Assembly: GCA_965226795.1 (NCBI GenBank)
Contig: CBDDDZ010000005.1
Location: 448,001-512,000, forward strand
Length of the DNA: 64,000 bases
DNA from: Candidatus Latescibacterota bacterium
GTDB lineage: Bacteria; Latescibacterota; UBA2968; GCA-2709665
Reading direction: 5' to 3'
Made by a program: the position numbers and the translations under genes. The notes under the pieces were generated by a model, which worked only from the letters and a program-made list of their open reading frames with translations, was not told the origin of the DNA and did no database searches. Below, one piece after another: positions 1 through 9,542 of the stretch. Numbering within the stretch: position 1 is the stretch's first letter; each line of letters starts with the position of its first letter.

Positions 1-374
1 CGGTCACCGGCGTTGGAGAGGTCTTGAAGGCGGATTTCCCGGAGACCTGCATTGTCGGCGTTGAGCCCGAGGATTCCGCGGTGTTGTCGGGCGGGCAACC
101 CGGACCAACGGAGATCGACGGGTTGGGTGCCGGGATGATCCCCGACGTGCTCAATGTGGATATCCTGGACCGTGTAGTTCCGGTTTCCAATACACATGCC
201 CGCCGGATGGCACGCAGACTGGCGAGGGAAGAGGGCATACTGGCGGGAATTTCCTCGGGGGCGGCGGTGCACGCGGCCGTTGAGATTGCGGCATCCATGA
301 CGGCTGAAAAGCGGGTGGTGGTCATTCTGCCGGATACGGGCGAACGATACATGGACGCTTTTCTTTTTTCGTAA
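1..374 (+). CDS. cysK: Cysteine synthase A, C-terminal part (5' end outside window)
   Basis: Motifs VEPEDSAVLSGG, GLGAG.IP, LAREEGILAGISSGAA, PDTGERY. Confidence 0.93.
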   Translation, partial: VTGVGEVLKADFPETCIVGVEPEDSAVLSGGQPGPTEIDGLGAGMIPDVLNVDILDRVVPVSNTHARRMARRLAREEGILAGISSGAAVHAAVEIAASMTAEKRVVVILPDTGERYMDAFLFS

Positions 375-382
375 ACCCAAGT

Positions 383-434
383 AAACAAGAAAACGCGCCT
401 GATGTCTTTATGGACACCGGGCGCGTTTTTGTTT
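383..434. terminator. Bidirectional intrinsic terminator between convergent cysK and rpsT
   Basis: Hairpin AAACAAGAAAACGCGCCTG...CGGGCGCGTTTTTGTTT with A/T tails on both sides. Confidence 0.8.
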
Positions 435-447
435 CTGGAAATGTTGT

Positions 448-699
448 CTACTGGGCGTTTGCCCGTCGGGCCAGGCTGGATTTGTAACGGGCAGCCGTGT
501 TTCGATGCAGGACACCCTTTTTTACACTCTTGTCTATGACCGATACCGCCTGCGGCATCAACGTTTCCATTTCCGTTCTGTCACTGGTATTTGCCGCTTT
601 TTTGAGGACGGTTCTCAGAGCGGAGCGTGCGCTTCTGTTGCGCAGCCAGGCTTTTCGGTTCTGACGAAGCCTTTTATAGGACGATTTAAGCGTGGGCAA
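448..699 (-). CDS. rpsT: 30S ribosomal protein S20
   Basis: MPTLKSSYKRLRQN...DKSVKKGVLHRNTAARYKS; TTG start at 699 preceded by AAGGAGG RBS. Confidence 0.95.
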   Translation of the reverse strand: MPTLKSSYKRLRQNRKAWLRNRSARSALRTVLKKAANTSDRTEMETLMPQAVSVIDKSVKKGVLHRNTAARYKSSLARRANAQ

Positions 700-911
700 A
701 ACGTACCTCCTTCGTGCTCCCGCATACGGCAGCGGGCTTTTCAAATTACGGAAAACATAGAAGTCCAAGAATCTAACAATAAAGTCGACTTTCCACAACA
801 GATTTATTGAAAGTTGTTAAGAAATAGAAAGTTCTAACCCAGGGAGCGTTTGCCTTCCTCCCCCGGCGGGAAAATACGGGGTCTCCACGTTCCATCACCT
901 CGGCCCGGCTG

Positions 912-1832
912 TCAATTGACCGTCAGCAACTCAACCTCAAAAATGAGCGTCGAGCCAGGTGGGATGCTGGGATTTCCACGGTCGCCGTAGGCGAGGTCGG
1001 ACGGTATGAAGAATACGCATTTGGCGCCCTCTTTCATCAACTGCAACCCTTCCGTCCAGCCGCTGATGACCCGATTGAGGGGGAAAGTGGCCGGTTCTCC
1101 GCGTTTGATGGAACTGTCGAATTCGGTGCCGTCGAGGAGCGTACCGCGGTAGTGCACCGTCACTTTGTCGGTGGCCGAGGGCGATTTACCGGAACCCTCT
1201 CTGGTCATCCTGTACTGCAGGCCGCTGGGTTGTTCCACGACGCCCTCTTTCGTTCGGTTATCCGCCAGAAATCGCATGCCCTCTTCTTTGTTCTTCGCGG
1301 CCATCTGTCCGATATTTGGCCGTGAAGCCCGCGCCTTCATCTGTTCCTGCTGCCGGGCGATCATTTTTTGCTTTAATGAAGTCATAGCAGCTTCGATCTC
1401 CTCTTCGGTCATCCGTGTGTCTGTTTTTGATACGCGGTCCTTTACACCGAGCGAGAACGTATCGGGATCAAGATCAACTCCCGTACTCTGGCGCAGGCCG
1501 TTTACGACGTCCCTGCCTATGGCGTAACCCAGAGAATAATTGAGTTTCTGTTTGTCCGGCACGTCTTGCTCCTGGCGATAGGCTAGCAGCGTCTGCTCGA
1601 TTTCGTCGCGGGTGTAGAGGGTCCCCCCGCCAGCCGCCGCTTCTCTGACGCCTTTTCCGTATGCGTCGGCATCAAGGTTTATCTGCATTTTTTCGAGCCC
1701 TTTCGCAACTTCCACGCCAATGGTGCATCCCAGGCTGTAGCTGGTTCTTTCGATGTCCGTCGCCAGTTCCTTCTCTCCGGCTTGGCAGCCTAAAAGAAGC
1801 ACGGAAAGAAGCATTATCCATCCGGGTCTCAT
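912..1832 (-). CDS. FKBP-type peptidyl-prolyl isomerase (FkpA/Mip-like lipoprotein) with duplicated N-terminal domain
   Basis: Lipobox LLGC; two YSLG..IG FKBP_N repeats; C-terminal VHYRGTL.DGTEFDSS, VISGWTEGL, IPPGSTLIFEVEL. Confidence 0.92.
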   Translation of the reverse strand: MRPGWIMLLSVLLLGCQAGEKELATDIERTSYSLGCTIGVEVAKGLEKMQINLDADAYGKGVREAAAGGGTLYTRDEIEQTLLAYRQEQDVPDKQKLNYSLGYAIGRDVVNGLRQSTGVDLDPDTFSLGVKDRVSKTDTRMTEEEIEAAMTSLKQKMIARQQEQMKARASRPNIGQMAAKNKEEGMRFLADNRTKEGVVEQPSGLQYRMTREGSGKSPSATDKVTVHYRGTLLDGTEFDSSIKRGEPATFPLNRVISGWTEGLQLMKEGAKCVFFIPSDLAYGDRGNPSIPPGSTLIFEVELLTVN

Positions 1833-1959
1833 CGAGGTCTCCTATCTGAAAAAGTGTTTCCGCGGCAGGCCAAGGCGTGTCGCGAGATTTCGAGTGCACT
1901 TCGAACGGTCAAGAGGCCCGACCCGGTTTTCGGGAGCGGGCAACGGTTGATACTCACGT

Positions 1960-2727
1960 TCAGCGGATGTAGATCCCGCCATTGGCGTCGATGATTTCAC
2001 CGGTAATGAAACTGCCCTGGTCGGAGGCGAGGAGCATCACGGCGCCAACCATTTCCTCGGGTTTGCCCACGCGTTTCAGAGGTGCGGCCTGTCCGAACGA
2101 ATCGAGCTGTTCGGGTGTGGAGTGCCGGTGCTGCATCGGGGTGTCGATAACGCCGGGCGCGAGAGCGTTGACCCGGATGCCGTGCGGGGCAAGCTCTTTC
2201 GCGAGTCCCCGGGTGAAGGTGTTGACCCCGCCCTTTGCCGTACCGTAAGGCAGGGTGCCCCCCCCGCCGCCGGTATGGCCCGCGACCGAAGAGATATTTA
2301 CAATGGCGCCTGCGCCGTGCTTTTGCATGGCGGGAATGGCCGCGCGGCAGCAGAGAAAAACACTCTTCAGGTTGACGTTGATCATATGGTCCCACAGTTC
2401 GTCCGGGCACTCCGCAATGGGCGCCTTGTCCATCCACTGGCCGGCGTTGTTTACCAGTACATCCAGCCGTCCGCCGAAGATTTCGAGGGTATGGTCCACC
2501 ATGCGCCGGACCTCTATCGCGCTGCAGACGTCCGTCCGCACCGTTTCTATGCGGCCTTCCGACGTGGAGGCGTCTTCTTTGAGCGCGTCCGCGCCTGCCT
2601 TGTTGCTATTGTACGTGGCCACGACCGAAGCGCCTTCGTTCGCCAGGGCGAGCGCGACGGCCTTGCCGATGCCGCTGCTGGCACCAGTAACGATAGCGAC
2701 TCTGCCGGTGAATTGTCGGTGGCTCAT
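1960..2727 (-). CDS. Short-chain dehydrogenase/reductase
   Basis: TGASSGIG, NNAG, YGTAK catalytic motif, IRVNALAPG. Confidence 0.92.
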   Translation of the reverse strand: MSHRQFTGRVAIVTGASSGIGKAVALALANEGASVVATYNSNKAGADALKEDASTSEGRIETVRTDVCSAIEVRRMVDHTLEIFGGRLDVLVNNAGQWMDKAPIAECPDELWDHMINVNLKSVFLCCRAAIPAMQKHGAGAIVNISSVAGHTGGGGGTLPYGTAKGGVNTFTRGLAKELAPHGIRVNALAPGVIDTPMQHRHSTPEQLDSFGQAAPLKRVGKPEEMVGAVMLLASDQGSFITGEIIDANGGIYIR

Positions 2728-2818
2728 ATCAGTCCTCTCTCCTCGTCGAATGACCCTGGCGTGGGATCCCGCGGCGCGTCATCCGCGTGTCCCGTCGACG
2801 GGGGCCCATCAAGGGATG

Positions 2819-3586
2819 TCAGGGCTTGTCAAAAAGCTTCTTCCAGTCCGAAAAGGCCATCTGCCCGCCGTCCGCAACAAGGGTCTGTCCGGTAATGAAC
2901 CGGGCGTCCGGGGTGGTGAGGAAGTACGTGATGCCCGCGATTTCCTCGGGTTCGCCGTAGCGGCCCTGCGGTATCAACTTGAGGTAGTTGGCCAGGGTCT
3001 CCTTGTCGTCCAACAGGTCATCGTTTGCGGGCGTGTTGATGACGCCCGGGCAGATGGCGTTGACGCGGACGTTGTGCGGCGCGAATTCTCCCGCCGCGGT
3101 TCGGGTCAAGGCAACGAGAGCCGCTTTGGAGGAGTCGTAGGCGGCGGAGCCCTTACTGGAGACCATCGCGTTGCGGGAGGCGATATTGACGACGACGCCG
3201 TCACCGCGTTCGATCATTCCAGGCGCGATCTCCCGGGTAAGGATGAACGGAGCGGTGGTATTGATCCGGAAGATTTCCTCCCATCTGTCAAGGGGGATGT
3301 CGACCAGGGGCTCGTAGCACCAGGCTCCGGCATTGTTGACAAGGACATCGAGGGTTCCGTGTTCTCCGGTGAGTCGCGCCACCAGTTCAGGGATGGCCTC
3401 CAGGTTGTTCAGGTCGAAGACGCATGGTATGGTGTTGGAACCACATACGGCCAGTTTCTGAAGGGCGCCTTCCAAACGGTCGAGAGCGATGACGCGGTGG
3501 CCTTCGGCAGCAAACCGTTCCGCAATGGCCCTACCGATGCCGCTGGCGGCGCCGGTGACGAGAACCAGCCTGCCAGGTCGATTCAT
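2819..3586 (-). CDS. Short-chain dehydrogenase/reductase
   Basis: TGAASGIG, NNAG, YDSSK, VRVNAICPG. Confidence 0.92.
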   Translation of the reverse strand: MNRPGRLVLVTGAASGIGRAIAERFAAEGHRVIALDRLEGALQKLAVCGSNTIPCVFDLNNLEAIPELVARLTGEHGTLDVLVNNAGAWCYEPLVDIPLDRWEEIFRINTTAPFILTREIAPGMIERGDGVVVNIASRNAMVSSKGSAAYDSSKAALVALTRTAAGEFAPHNVRVNAICPGVINTPANDDLLDDKETLANYLKLIPQGRYGEPEEIAGITYFLTTPDARFITGQTLVADGGQMAFSDWKKLFDKP

Positions 3587-3682
3587 GGACTAACGCCTTC
3601 AGATTGACGGACGACTCCGGAACGTGGGACGATTTAGGACGCTGAATGTCCCGGCCATCCGACCGCGTTGTTAATCAGTGCG

Positions 3683-4885
3683 TTATAGCCAGCCCGCGAT
3701 CGTCCACATGGCGCTCAGCCGGCCGAACGGTGCGTTGACGAGTTCTCGGGCGTCGGCCACGGGGTCGCCGCCGTAGTAGCGATTGAATTCGGCGCGGATG
3801 CGTTCTTCCAGGCTCGTGGTATCGGCCAGCGGGAAGTCAACCCACCCTCCCCCTGTGTCGGCGCTTTCGCGCAGTGCCACCCACATTTCATAGTCCAACC
3901 GACCGCCGGCCGCGCCGTATTGTGGACCTGTGTTACGGGTGGCAGCTGTGTGCAGACTCTCGAGGATGGCGGCTTTGGCCACGTCGTCCTGGCTGGAAAT
4001 CTTGTACTGTTTGTAGGGGTTATCCCAGGCGAGGGGAGGGTCCGTGTCCACCTGAACCCTCGCGAGGATCCGTTCTCCATCGACTTCCTCGTATATTTCG
4101 TGGATGGGATAGATCTGGCGCCCACCGGTGTTGTAAAGGGTGAGTTCGCCGCCGGAGAGGTAACCATTTATGCCTTCGATGTCCCAATTCATGCCGGATG
4201 AGGCGCCGGGGATGGTTGGCATTTCGTAGATGCACGCCACGTCGTTCTCGAATTCGATCACACCGCTTTCCCACCAGCGGGTCGTTTCGTCCCCCCCGGC
4301 GTAGTTCTTGTAGGGCGGCACCTCTACGGCCTGGGCGAAACCCATCGCGCGCCGGGGTTTGCTGTCCAGGATCGTGCGGACGGCGTTCAGGCCATGGTAA
4401 CTGCCTGCGGGATACCGGAGACGGGCGTGAGTGAGCTTGCCCAGGACGCCGGCCCGCGCGATTTTCTGTTTGAGCCGCTCGTTGGGCCAGAGCCAGACGT
4501 TTTCGGCGACTTCCCATTTCAGGCCATTTGCCCTCGCCGCGTGGTCGATTGCGTCACCCATGTCCCGGGTGAGCGCATAGGGGATTTCGGTGATGATATG
4601 GCAGCCGTATTCGATGCCCGCAAGGGCGGCCACCGTCTGGCCGTCGGTAGGGAGCAGGACAAAAAAGACATCCGGCCTCTGTTCCTCGAGCAGCGATTCG
4701 ATACACGTATAGCGCGCCGACACGTCAAACAACTCGCCCGCGGCGTGCAGGGCCTCTTCACCGGCGTCGCAGATGGCGCAGAGGTCGTATAGATGCGCGA
4801 GTTTCCGAATGGTGGCCAGGTAGCCTCTGGCACGGGAGCCCTCCTGGGCGCCGACACCGGCAACGGCCATACGCAGCGTGGACAT
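3683..4885 (-). CDS. Gfo/Idh/MocA family oxidoreductase
   Basis: N-terminal Rossmann AVAGVG, L(C)AICD, EIP variant of the EKP motif, VAEN. Confidence 0.75.
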   Translation of the reverse strand: MSTLRMAVAGVGAQEGSRARGYLATIRKLAHLYDLCAICDAGEEALHAAGELFDVSARYTCIESLLEEQRPDVFFVLLPTDGQTVAALAGIEYGCHIITEIPYALTRDMGDAIDHAARANGLKWEVAENVWLWPNERLKQKIARAGVLGKLTHARLRYPAGSYHGLNAVRTILDSKPRRAMGFAQAVEVPPYKNYAGGDETTRWWESGVIEFENDVACIYEMPTIPGASSGMNWDIEGINGYLSGGELTLYNTGGRQIYPIHEIYEEVDGERILARVQVDTDPPLAWDNPYKQYKISSQDDVAKAAILESLHTAATRNTGPQYGAAGGRLDYEMWVALRESADTGGGWVDFPLADTTSLEERIRAEFNRYYGGDPVADARELVNAPFGRLSAMWTIAGWL

Positions 4886-5031
4886 GTGGTGAGTTCCTTG
4901 GGGTTACCTGCGATTACGGCCCGACCGGCCGCTTTGAACCTGAGATCGGGTTACGGGATGTGGGGCGGATCGACAACGGCATACGGTCTGGAGAGTTTCA
5001 ACGGAAAACGCCGGCGTAGCGTTCCACTCCG

Positions 5032-5841
5032 TCAGTAGACGCAATCCTCCGCGCTGTCATGCGGGACAAAGCCGAGTATTTCCCTGGCGTGGTCCATGTC
5101 TACCCAGCAGTACCTGTTGTTGGAGATGCTGTAGAAGATGTCAAATCGCAGATCATCCGGCGCGTTGATACAGTCTTCGGTGATCCGAACGACGTCGCGC
5201 TGGCTGCACCAGACCGCGGAAAATTCGGGGCTGGCCGGCCGGTCTTCAGCGTTGACAGCCCCGATACGCAGGGAAATGCACGAGAGCCCATGAACGTCCG
5301 AGTAGATTCGAGCCAGGGCTTCACCCCAGACCTTGCTGGCGGAATAGGGTTCCGTGGGCCGCGTCGGTTGTTTATGCGTAACGATGGGTATGGGATCGGG
5401 AACGTCGTCGAATCGACATTCTCTAATGGCCTTGTAGGGTTCGTCGGTCTGATAGCCCCAGTTGGTCATGATGGAACTGGCGTAAACGATCCGTCTGACC
5501 CCTGCGACGCGGCACGCTTCGAAGACGTTGTATGCGCCGATCACGTTGCTGTTCAGAATGTTGTCCCAACTCGCATCAGGACGGGGATCAGCGGCCATCT
5601 GGACGACGGTGTCCATGCCGTTGACGGCTCTCTCCATGGCCTGCATGTCGGAGAGATCCGCGAGGTGGAATTTGTCGTCGGGGATGTTGAGCACACGCGC
5701 GTCGGGCGACCTGTCGGACGGATAGCGCCTGCGCGCGAGGGCGTAGGTCTCGTACCTGTCCGGCGACTGTATCAAATGTTCGTAAATGGCGCCGGGTATG
5801 AGGCCGTATACGCCGGTGACGAGAACTTTTCGGGGGGGCAT
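5032..5841 (-). CDS. NAD-dependent epimerase/dehydratase (uronate dehydrogenase-like)
   Basis: VLVTGVYG, N..GAYNVFEA, YASS, YSASK, LRIG. Confidence 0.85.
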   Translation of the reverse strand: MPPRKVLVTGVYGLIPGAIYEHLIQSPDRYETYALARRRYPSDRSPDARVLNIPDDKFHLADLSDMQAMERAVNGMDTVVQMAADPRPDASWDNILNSNVIGAYNVFEACRVAGVRRIVYASSIMTNWGYQTDEPYKAIRECRFDDVPDPIPIVTHKQPTRPTEPYSASKVWGEALARIYSDVHGLSCISLRIGAVNAEDRPASPEFSAVWCSQRDVVRITEDCINAPDDLRFDIFYSISNNRYCWVDMDHAREILGFVPHDSAEDCVY

Positions 5842-6188
5842 GTCACCTCCAGCAAGGGATGTGTTCGTGAAAAAATACGGCCAGGATGAATATCCGCATT
5901 TACACTGGAAATCCTTGTATTACAACCACTTGTACACATAAATCGGATTTCCGAAACGCCCCCGGCCACCGGAAGCGTTCCACTTCGATACCCAAATTAA
6001 GTTAACGTAAATATGTAAATAACGAAAGAAAAAACGCAACTGCTCGCCTCAGGGTCGGGGCGGATGGAGACAGTGGAAATCCTGCGGTTTCGAGCCTTCG
6101 CGCCCACCGAGCGCTGGCAGGTGGACCCAGCCGGCCGGTCGTCGAGAGTGTACTTCAGGGCGCGTATTCAGGGAGGAATTGAATTTCG

Positions 6189-6216
6189 TTGACACACGCC
6201 AGAACGAATCTATATT
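6189..6216 (+). promoter_or_regulatory. Sigma-70-like promoter upstream of the pyrH leader
   Basis: TTGACA-N16-TATATT. Confidence 0.6.
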
Positions 6217-6222
6217 AAGCCA

Positions 6223-6372
6223 GTGTGGCAACGCTTCCAGGTAGAGAAAAGGATTATCGGCTTCCGAAATCCCGTGCGCGGGTCCCCACACGCCCGCGGC
6301 AATCACGAGATTCACCGACCTTCCCCGGGCCGAACTGAAACGCGTCCTGCCTTTCCTGGAGCCGGATCCCAC
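6223..6372 (+). ncRNA. Candidate structured RNA (long imperfect hairpin; family unassigned)
   Basis: Nested pairings GCTTCCAGG/CCTGGAGC, AGGAT/GTCCT, TCGGCTT/GGGCCGA, AATC-CGTG/CACG-GATT, CGCGGG/CCCGCG; starts just after a promoter and is followed by a pyrimidine tract. Confidence 0.35.
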
Positions 6373-6441
6373 TTCTCTTTTTCCCCCGATATTCATTCCC
6401 TATTTTTCTTCCCATCTGCTCTCCGGAGTATACAAGAAAAA

Positions 6442-7176
6442 ATGAGATACGGGCGAATAGTCCTCAAGTTGAGCGGCGCGGCCGTCTCGGGTGACAGGGA
6501 ATTCGGATTTGATCCTGTGGCGCTGGACTACATAGCGGATGAGATCCTGGCCGTTCACAGGCTCGGCGTCGGCGTCGGTGTCGTGATCGGAGGCGGTAAC
6601 ATTTTCAGAGGGATGCTCGGCGCACAGTGGGGTATCGAAGAGTCTGAAGCCCACAACATCGGAATGCTGGGTACGATTGTAAACAGCCTGATGTTGCGCG
6701 GCGTGATGACCGCCAGGAGCAACGCGGAAGTGCGCGTGATGACGGCAATTCCCATCAACGCGGTCGCTGAACCCTTCATCCGGCTGCGCGCCATCCACCA
6801 TATCGAAAAGGGCTATATCGTGATCTTCGCAGGGGGTATCGGCAATCCCTACGTCACAACGGACTATCCCGGGGTGCAGCGGGCCCTCGAGATCCGGGCC
6901 GATGCCATTCTTTTCGCGAAGCACAGGACGGCCGGAGTCTATACCGACGACCCCAACAGGAGTCCCGATGCGCGACTGTATCGCCGCGTCGGATACGATA
7001 CCGTCGTACGGGAAAATCTGGGCGCGCTGGATCAGTCCGCGGTGATTCTCGCCCGCGACAACCGGCTTCCCATCCATGTTTTCGATTTTGACACGAAGGG
7101 GACCATGCGCCGGATTCTGGAGGGCGAGGATCTGGGCACGCTGATCACACAAGGTTCCGAGGACGAGCTGGAATAG
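6442..7176 (+). CDS. pyrH: UMP kinase
   Basis: RIVLKLSG, VIGGGNIFRG, GMLGT..N, GNPYVTTD, GVYTDDP; ATG at 6442. Confidence 0.9.
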   Translation: MRYGRIVLKLSGAAVSGDREFGFDPVALDYIADEILAVHRLGVGVGVVIGGGNIFRGMLGAQWGIEESEAHNIGMLGTIVNSLMLRGVMTARSNAEVRVMTAIPINAVAEPFIRLRAIHHIEKGYIVIFAGGIGNPYVTTDYPGVQRALEIRADAILFAKHRTAGVYTDDPNRSPDARLYRRVGYDTVVRENLGALDQSAVILARDNRLPIHVFDFDTKGTMRRILEGEDLGTLITQGSEDELE

Positions 7177-7217
7177 CGGCTGTCTGAATTCGCCGGACGT
7201 GTCATGCTGTGGTTGGA

Positions 7218-7255
7218 CGGCCGAATTTCGGCAATCTATTTCCGGGACACAACAC
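7218..7255 (+). repeat. MITE-like family, right-end fragment
   Basis: CGGCCGAATTTCGGCAATCTATTTCCGGGACACAACAC closely matches 34905-34942. Confidence 0.75.
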
Positions 7256-7311
7256 ATGTCGTGCTCCGCGGTTGAACGTCCACGCTTCCTTATAACGGGA
7301 GTTCCGTACAG

Positions 7312-8592
7312 ATGAAAGTGTTGATTGTGGGCAAGGGAGGCCGCGAGCACACGTTTGCGTGGAAAATTGCCCAGAGTCCGAAGGTGAGTCGCCTCTTTGC
7401 CGCTCCCGGCAACCCCGGTATGGCCGAACAGGCCACCTGCGTGGATATCGGTGTCGACGACCTGGACGGTCTGGTGGCATTTGCACAACGGGAGCGTATC
7501 GATTTGACGGTCGTAGGGCCGGAGGACCCGCTTGCAAACGGGCTTACAGACCGGTTCGAGGCCGTGGGCCTTCGGGTGTTCGGACCCTCGCGGAGGGCGG
7601 CCCAGATTGAGGCCGATAAGGACTTCGCGCTCCGCATCATGCACAAATATGGCATTCCCACCGGGCAGTATCGGACGTTCACCGACCCGGACACCGCGCG
7701 GGGGTTCGTGAAGGATTGGGGAGCGCCTGTGGTATTGAAAGCCGCGGGACTGGCTGCCGGAAAGGGTGCGCTGGTGTGCTACTCGGTGGATGAGGCGCTG
7801 CGTGCCGTCGACCGCGTACTGGTGGACCGGGAATTCGGCGCCGCGGGAGACAAGCTGGTGCTGATGGAATACCTGGAGGGTGAGGAAGCGTCGATTACGG
7901 GTTTTACGGATGGGGAACACGTGGTGTGCATCGTGCCGTCCCAGGATCACAAGACCATCGGTGAGGGCGATACCGGACCCAATACGGGCGGGATGGGCGC
8001 CTACGCACCGGCACCCGTGGTGACGCAGGAAGTGCAAACCGCCATTCTGGAACGCGTGATGCTTCCCACCGTGAAGGCGCTTGCCGCGGAAGGGCGGCCC
8101 TATAAGGGAATCCTATACGGCGGTTTGATTATTACTGAAACCGGTCCCCGGGTCATCGAATTCAACTGCCGCCTGGGCGACCCGGAGGCACAGGTGGTGC
8201 TCCCTCTGCTAAAGACCGATCTGGTGGATATCATTGAGGCCGTATTCGAAGGCACCCTCGAAGACCTGAAAATTGAACTGGACAACCGGGCCGCGACTTG
8301 CGTGGTACTGGCTTCCGGAGGATATCCGGGCGAGTACGAAACGGGTTTTGAGATATCCGGCCTGGACGAGGCGGAAGCCCTGGACGACGTACTGGTGTTT
8401 CACGCGGGCACGTCGCGCGACGAAGGGGCGACGGTGACCAACGGCGGCCGGGTTCTGGGTGTCACGGCCATCGGTCAGAATATTCAGGCTTCGGTCAATC
8501 GGGCCTACGAGGCAATCGAGAAGGTTCAATTCGATAACGTGTATTACCGGAGGGACATCGGATACCGGACGTTGGAACGTCTGGAAATTTGA
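7312..8592 (+). CDS. purD: Phosphoribosylamine--glycine ligase
   Basis: GGREH, APGNPG, VVGPE, GLAAGKG, QDHK, GPNTGGMGAYAP, EFNCRLGDPE, TNGGRVL. Confidence 0.97.
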   Translation: MKVLIVGKGGREHTFAWKIAQSPKVSRLFAAPGNPGMAEQATCVDIGVDDLDGLVAFAQRERIDLTVVGPEDPLANGLTDRFEAVGLRVFGPSRRAAQIEADKDFALRIMHKYGIPTGQYRTFTDPDTARGFVKDWGAPVVLKAAGLAAGKGALVCYSVDEALRAVDRVLVDREFGAAGDKLVLMEYLEGEEASITGFTDGEHVVCIVPSQDHKTIGEGDTGPNTGGMGAYAPAPVVTQEVQTAILERVMLPTVKALAAEGRPYKGILYGGLIITETGPRVIEFNCRLGDPEAQVVLPLLKTDLVDIIEAVFEGTLEDLKIELDNRAATCVVLASGGYPGEYETGFEISGLDEAEALDDVLVFHAGTSRDEGATVTNGGRVLGVTAIGQNIQASVNRAYEAIEKVQFDNVYYRRDIGYRTLERLEI

Positions 8593-8742
8593 GAGCGCTC
8601 TGAGAAGTCGCACCTGGCGTCGTGCCGTTGCTCGACAACGTCTTTGTTCGGTCGACTACAGGGTGGGCGCGGCGATTCGGCTTTGGTCTGGACGCAGAGG
8701 CCGTTTCGAATGGTGAAGTCGTCATAAAGGAGGAAGAGGACT

Positions 8743-9189
8743 GTGGTTGGTATAATTATGGGTAGCAAGTCCGATAAACCGATCATGCAGAAAGCAATGC
8801 CCATTCTGGATGAACTGGGCATCGCGTACGAGATGACCGTGTCGTCCGCGCATCGGAATCCCGATCGGACGGGCGAGTATGCGCGCACGGCGGAAGCGCG
8901 CGGTCTGAAAGTCATTATCGCGGGGGCGGGATTGGCGGCGGCGCTGCCGGGCGTGATGGCGGCGCACACCACGTTGCCCGTGATTGGGGTGCCGATCGCC
9001 TCCGGCGCGCTGAACGGCATCGATTCGCTGTACGCAATCGTGCAGATGCCGCCCGGAGTGCCGGTTGGCTGCGTGGGGATCGACAATGCGCGAAATGCGG
9101 CCGTGCTGGCCGCGCAGATCATCGCGCAGACGGACGCGGGGGTAAAAGAGAAGCTGAAGGCCTACAAACAACGCCTCGCGGAGGGATAG
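8743..9189 (+). CDS. purE: N5-carboxyaminoimidazole ribonucleotide mutase
   Basis: [37 protein letters not shown]. Confidence 0.96.
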   Translation: MVGIIMGSKSDKPIMQKAMPILDELGIAYEMTVSSAHRNPDRTGEYARTAEARGLKVIIAGAGLAAALPGVMAAHTTLPVIGVPIASGALNGIDSLYAIVQMPPGVPVGCVGIDNARNAAVLAAQIIAQTDAGVKEKLKAYKQRLAEG

Positions 9190-9299
9190 TACCGGGGGTT
9201 TTTGGGACGTTGTACCCGGCGCGCGGAGGTAACGGATCTATCCGTTGGAGTCAGCGTGAGTTCGGATGATACCACCAATTGGTCTCATTCCACTTTCGC

Positions 9300-9506
9300 T
9301 CACGAATCGCCGCGGTACCCCCAGAAATACGTTTGGTCGCAGCTTGCACAATACACCTGACCTAAAGCACCGGTGACGTTTTCAGCGTTCTTCGGAACGG
9401 CGGGCATCGGTCGCGACGGGTAGTTTTGTTTGATGGCTTTTTCCCCGAATTTGGGACAAACCACGTCGCCCTCCCTTCGCTCTACAATCACGAGATCACC
9501 GTTCAT
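9300..9506 (-). CDS. Small hypothetical protein (68 aa), possible degenerate zinc ribbon
   Basis: GGAAAGGA RBS before ATG 9506; CPKF...CASC. Confidence 0.5.
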   Translation of the reverse strand: MNGDLVIVERREGDVVCPKFGEKAIKQNYPSRPMPAVPKNAENVTGALGQVYCASCDQTYFWGYRGDS

Positions 9507-9542
9507 ATATTTCCTTTCCCTTGGTTTTCTACCACCGCCCCA

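Noticed and set aside
2255..3607. Long antisense ORFs (e.g. 2255-3607, 6400-8037, 16494-17774, 42779-44377, 62068-63261)
   Set aside because: These are shadow frames of clearly identified genes in GC-rich DNA and carry no motifs of their own.
6047..6192. Possible tRNA/SRP/tmRNA, or a 42-aa ORF (METVEILR..., 6064-6192)
   Set aside because: No TPsiC/CCA, SRP GGAAG loop or tmRNA ends were found, and the ORF lacks a clear RBS and recognisable motifs.
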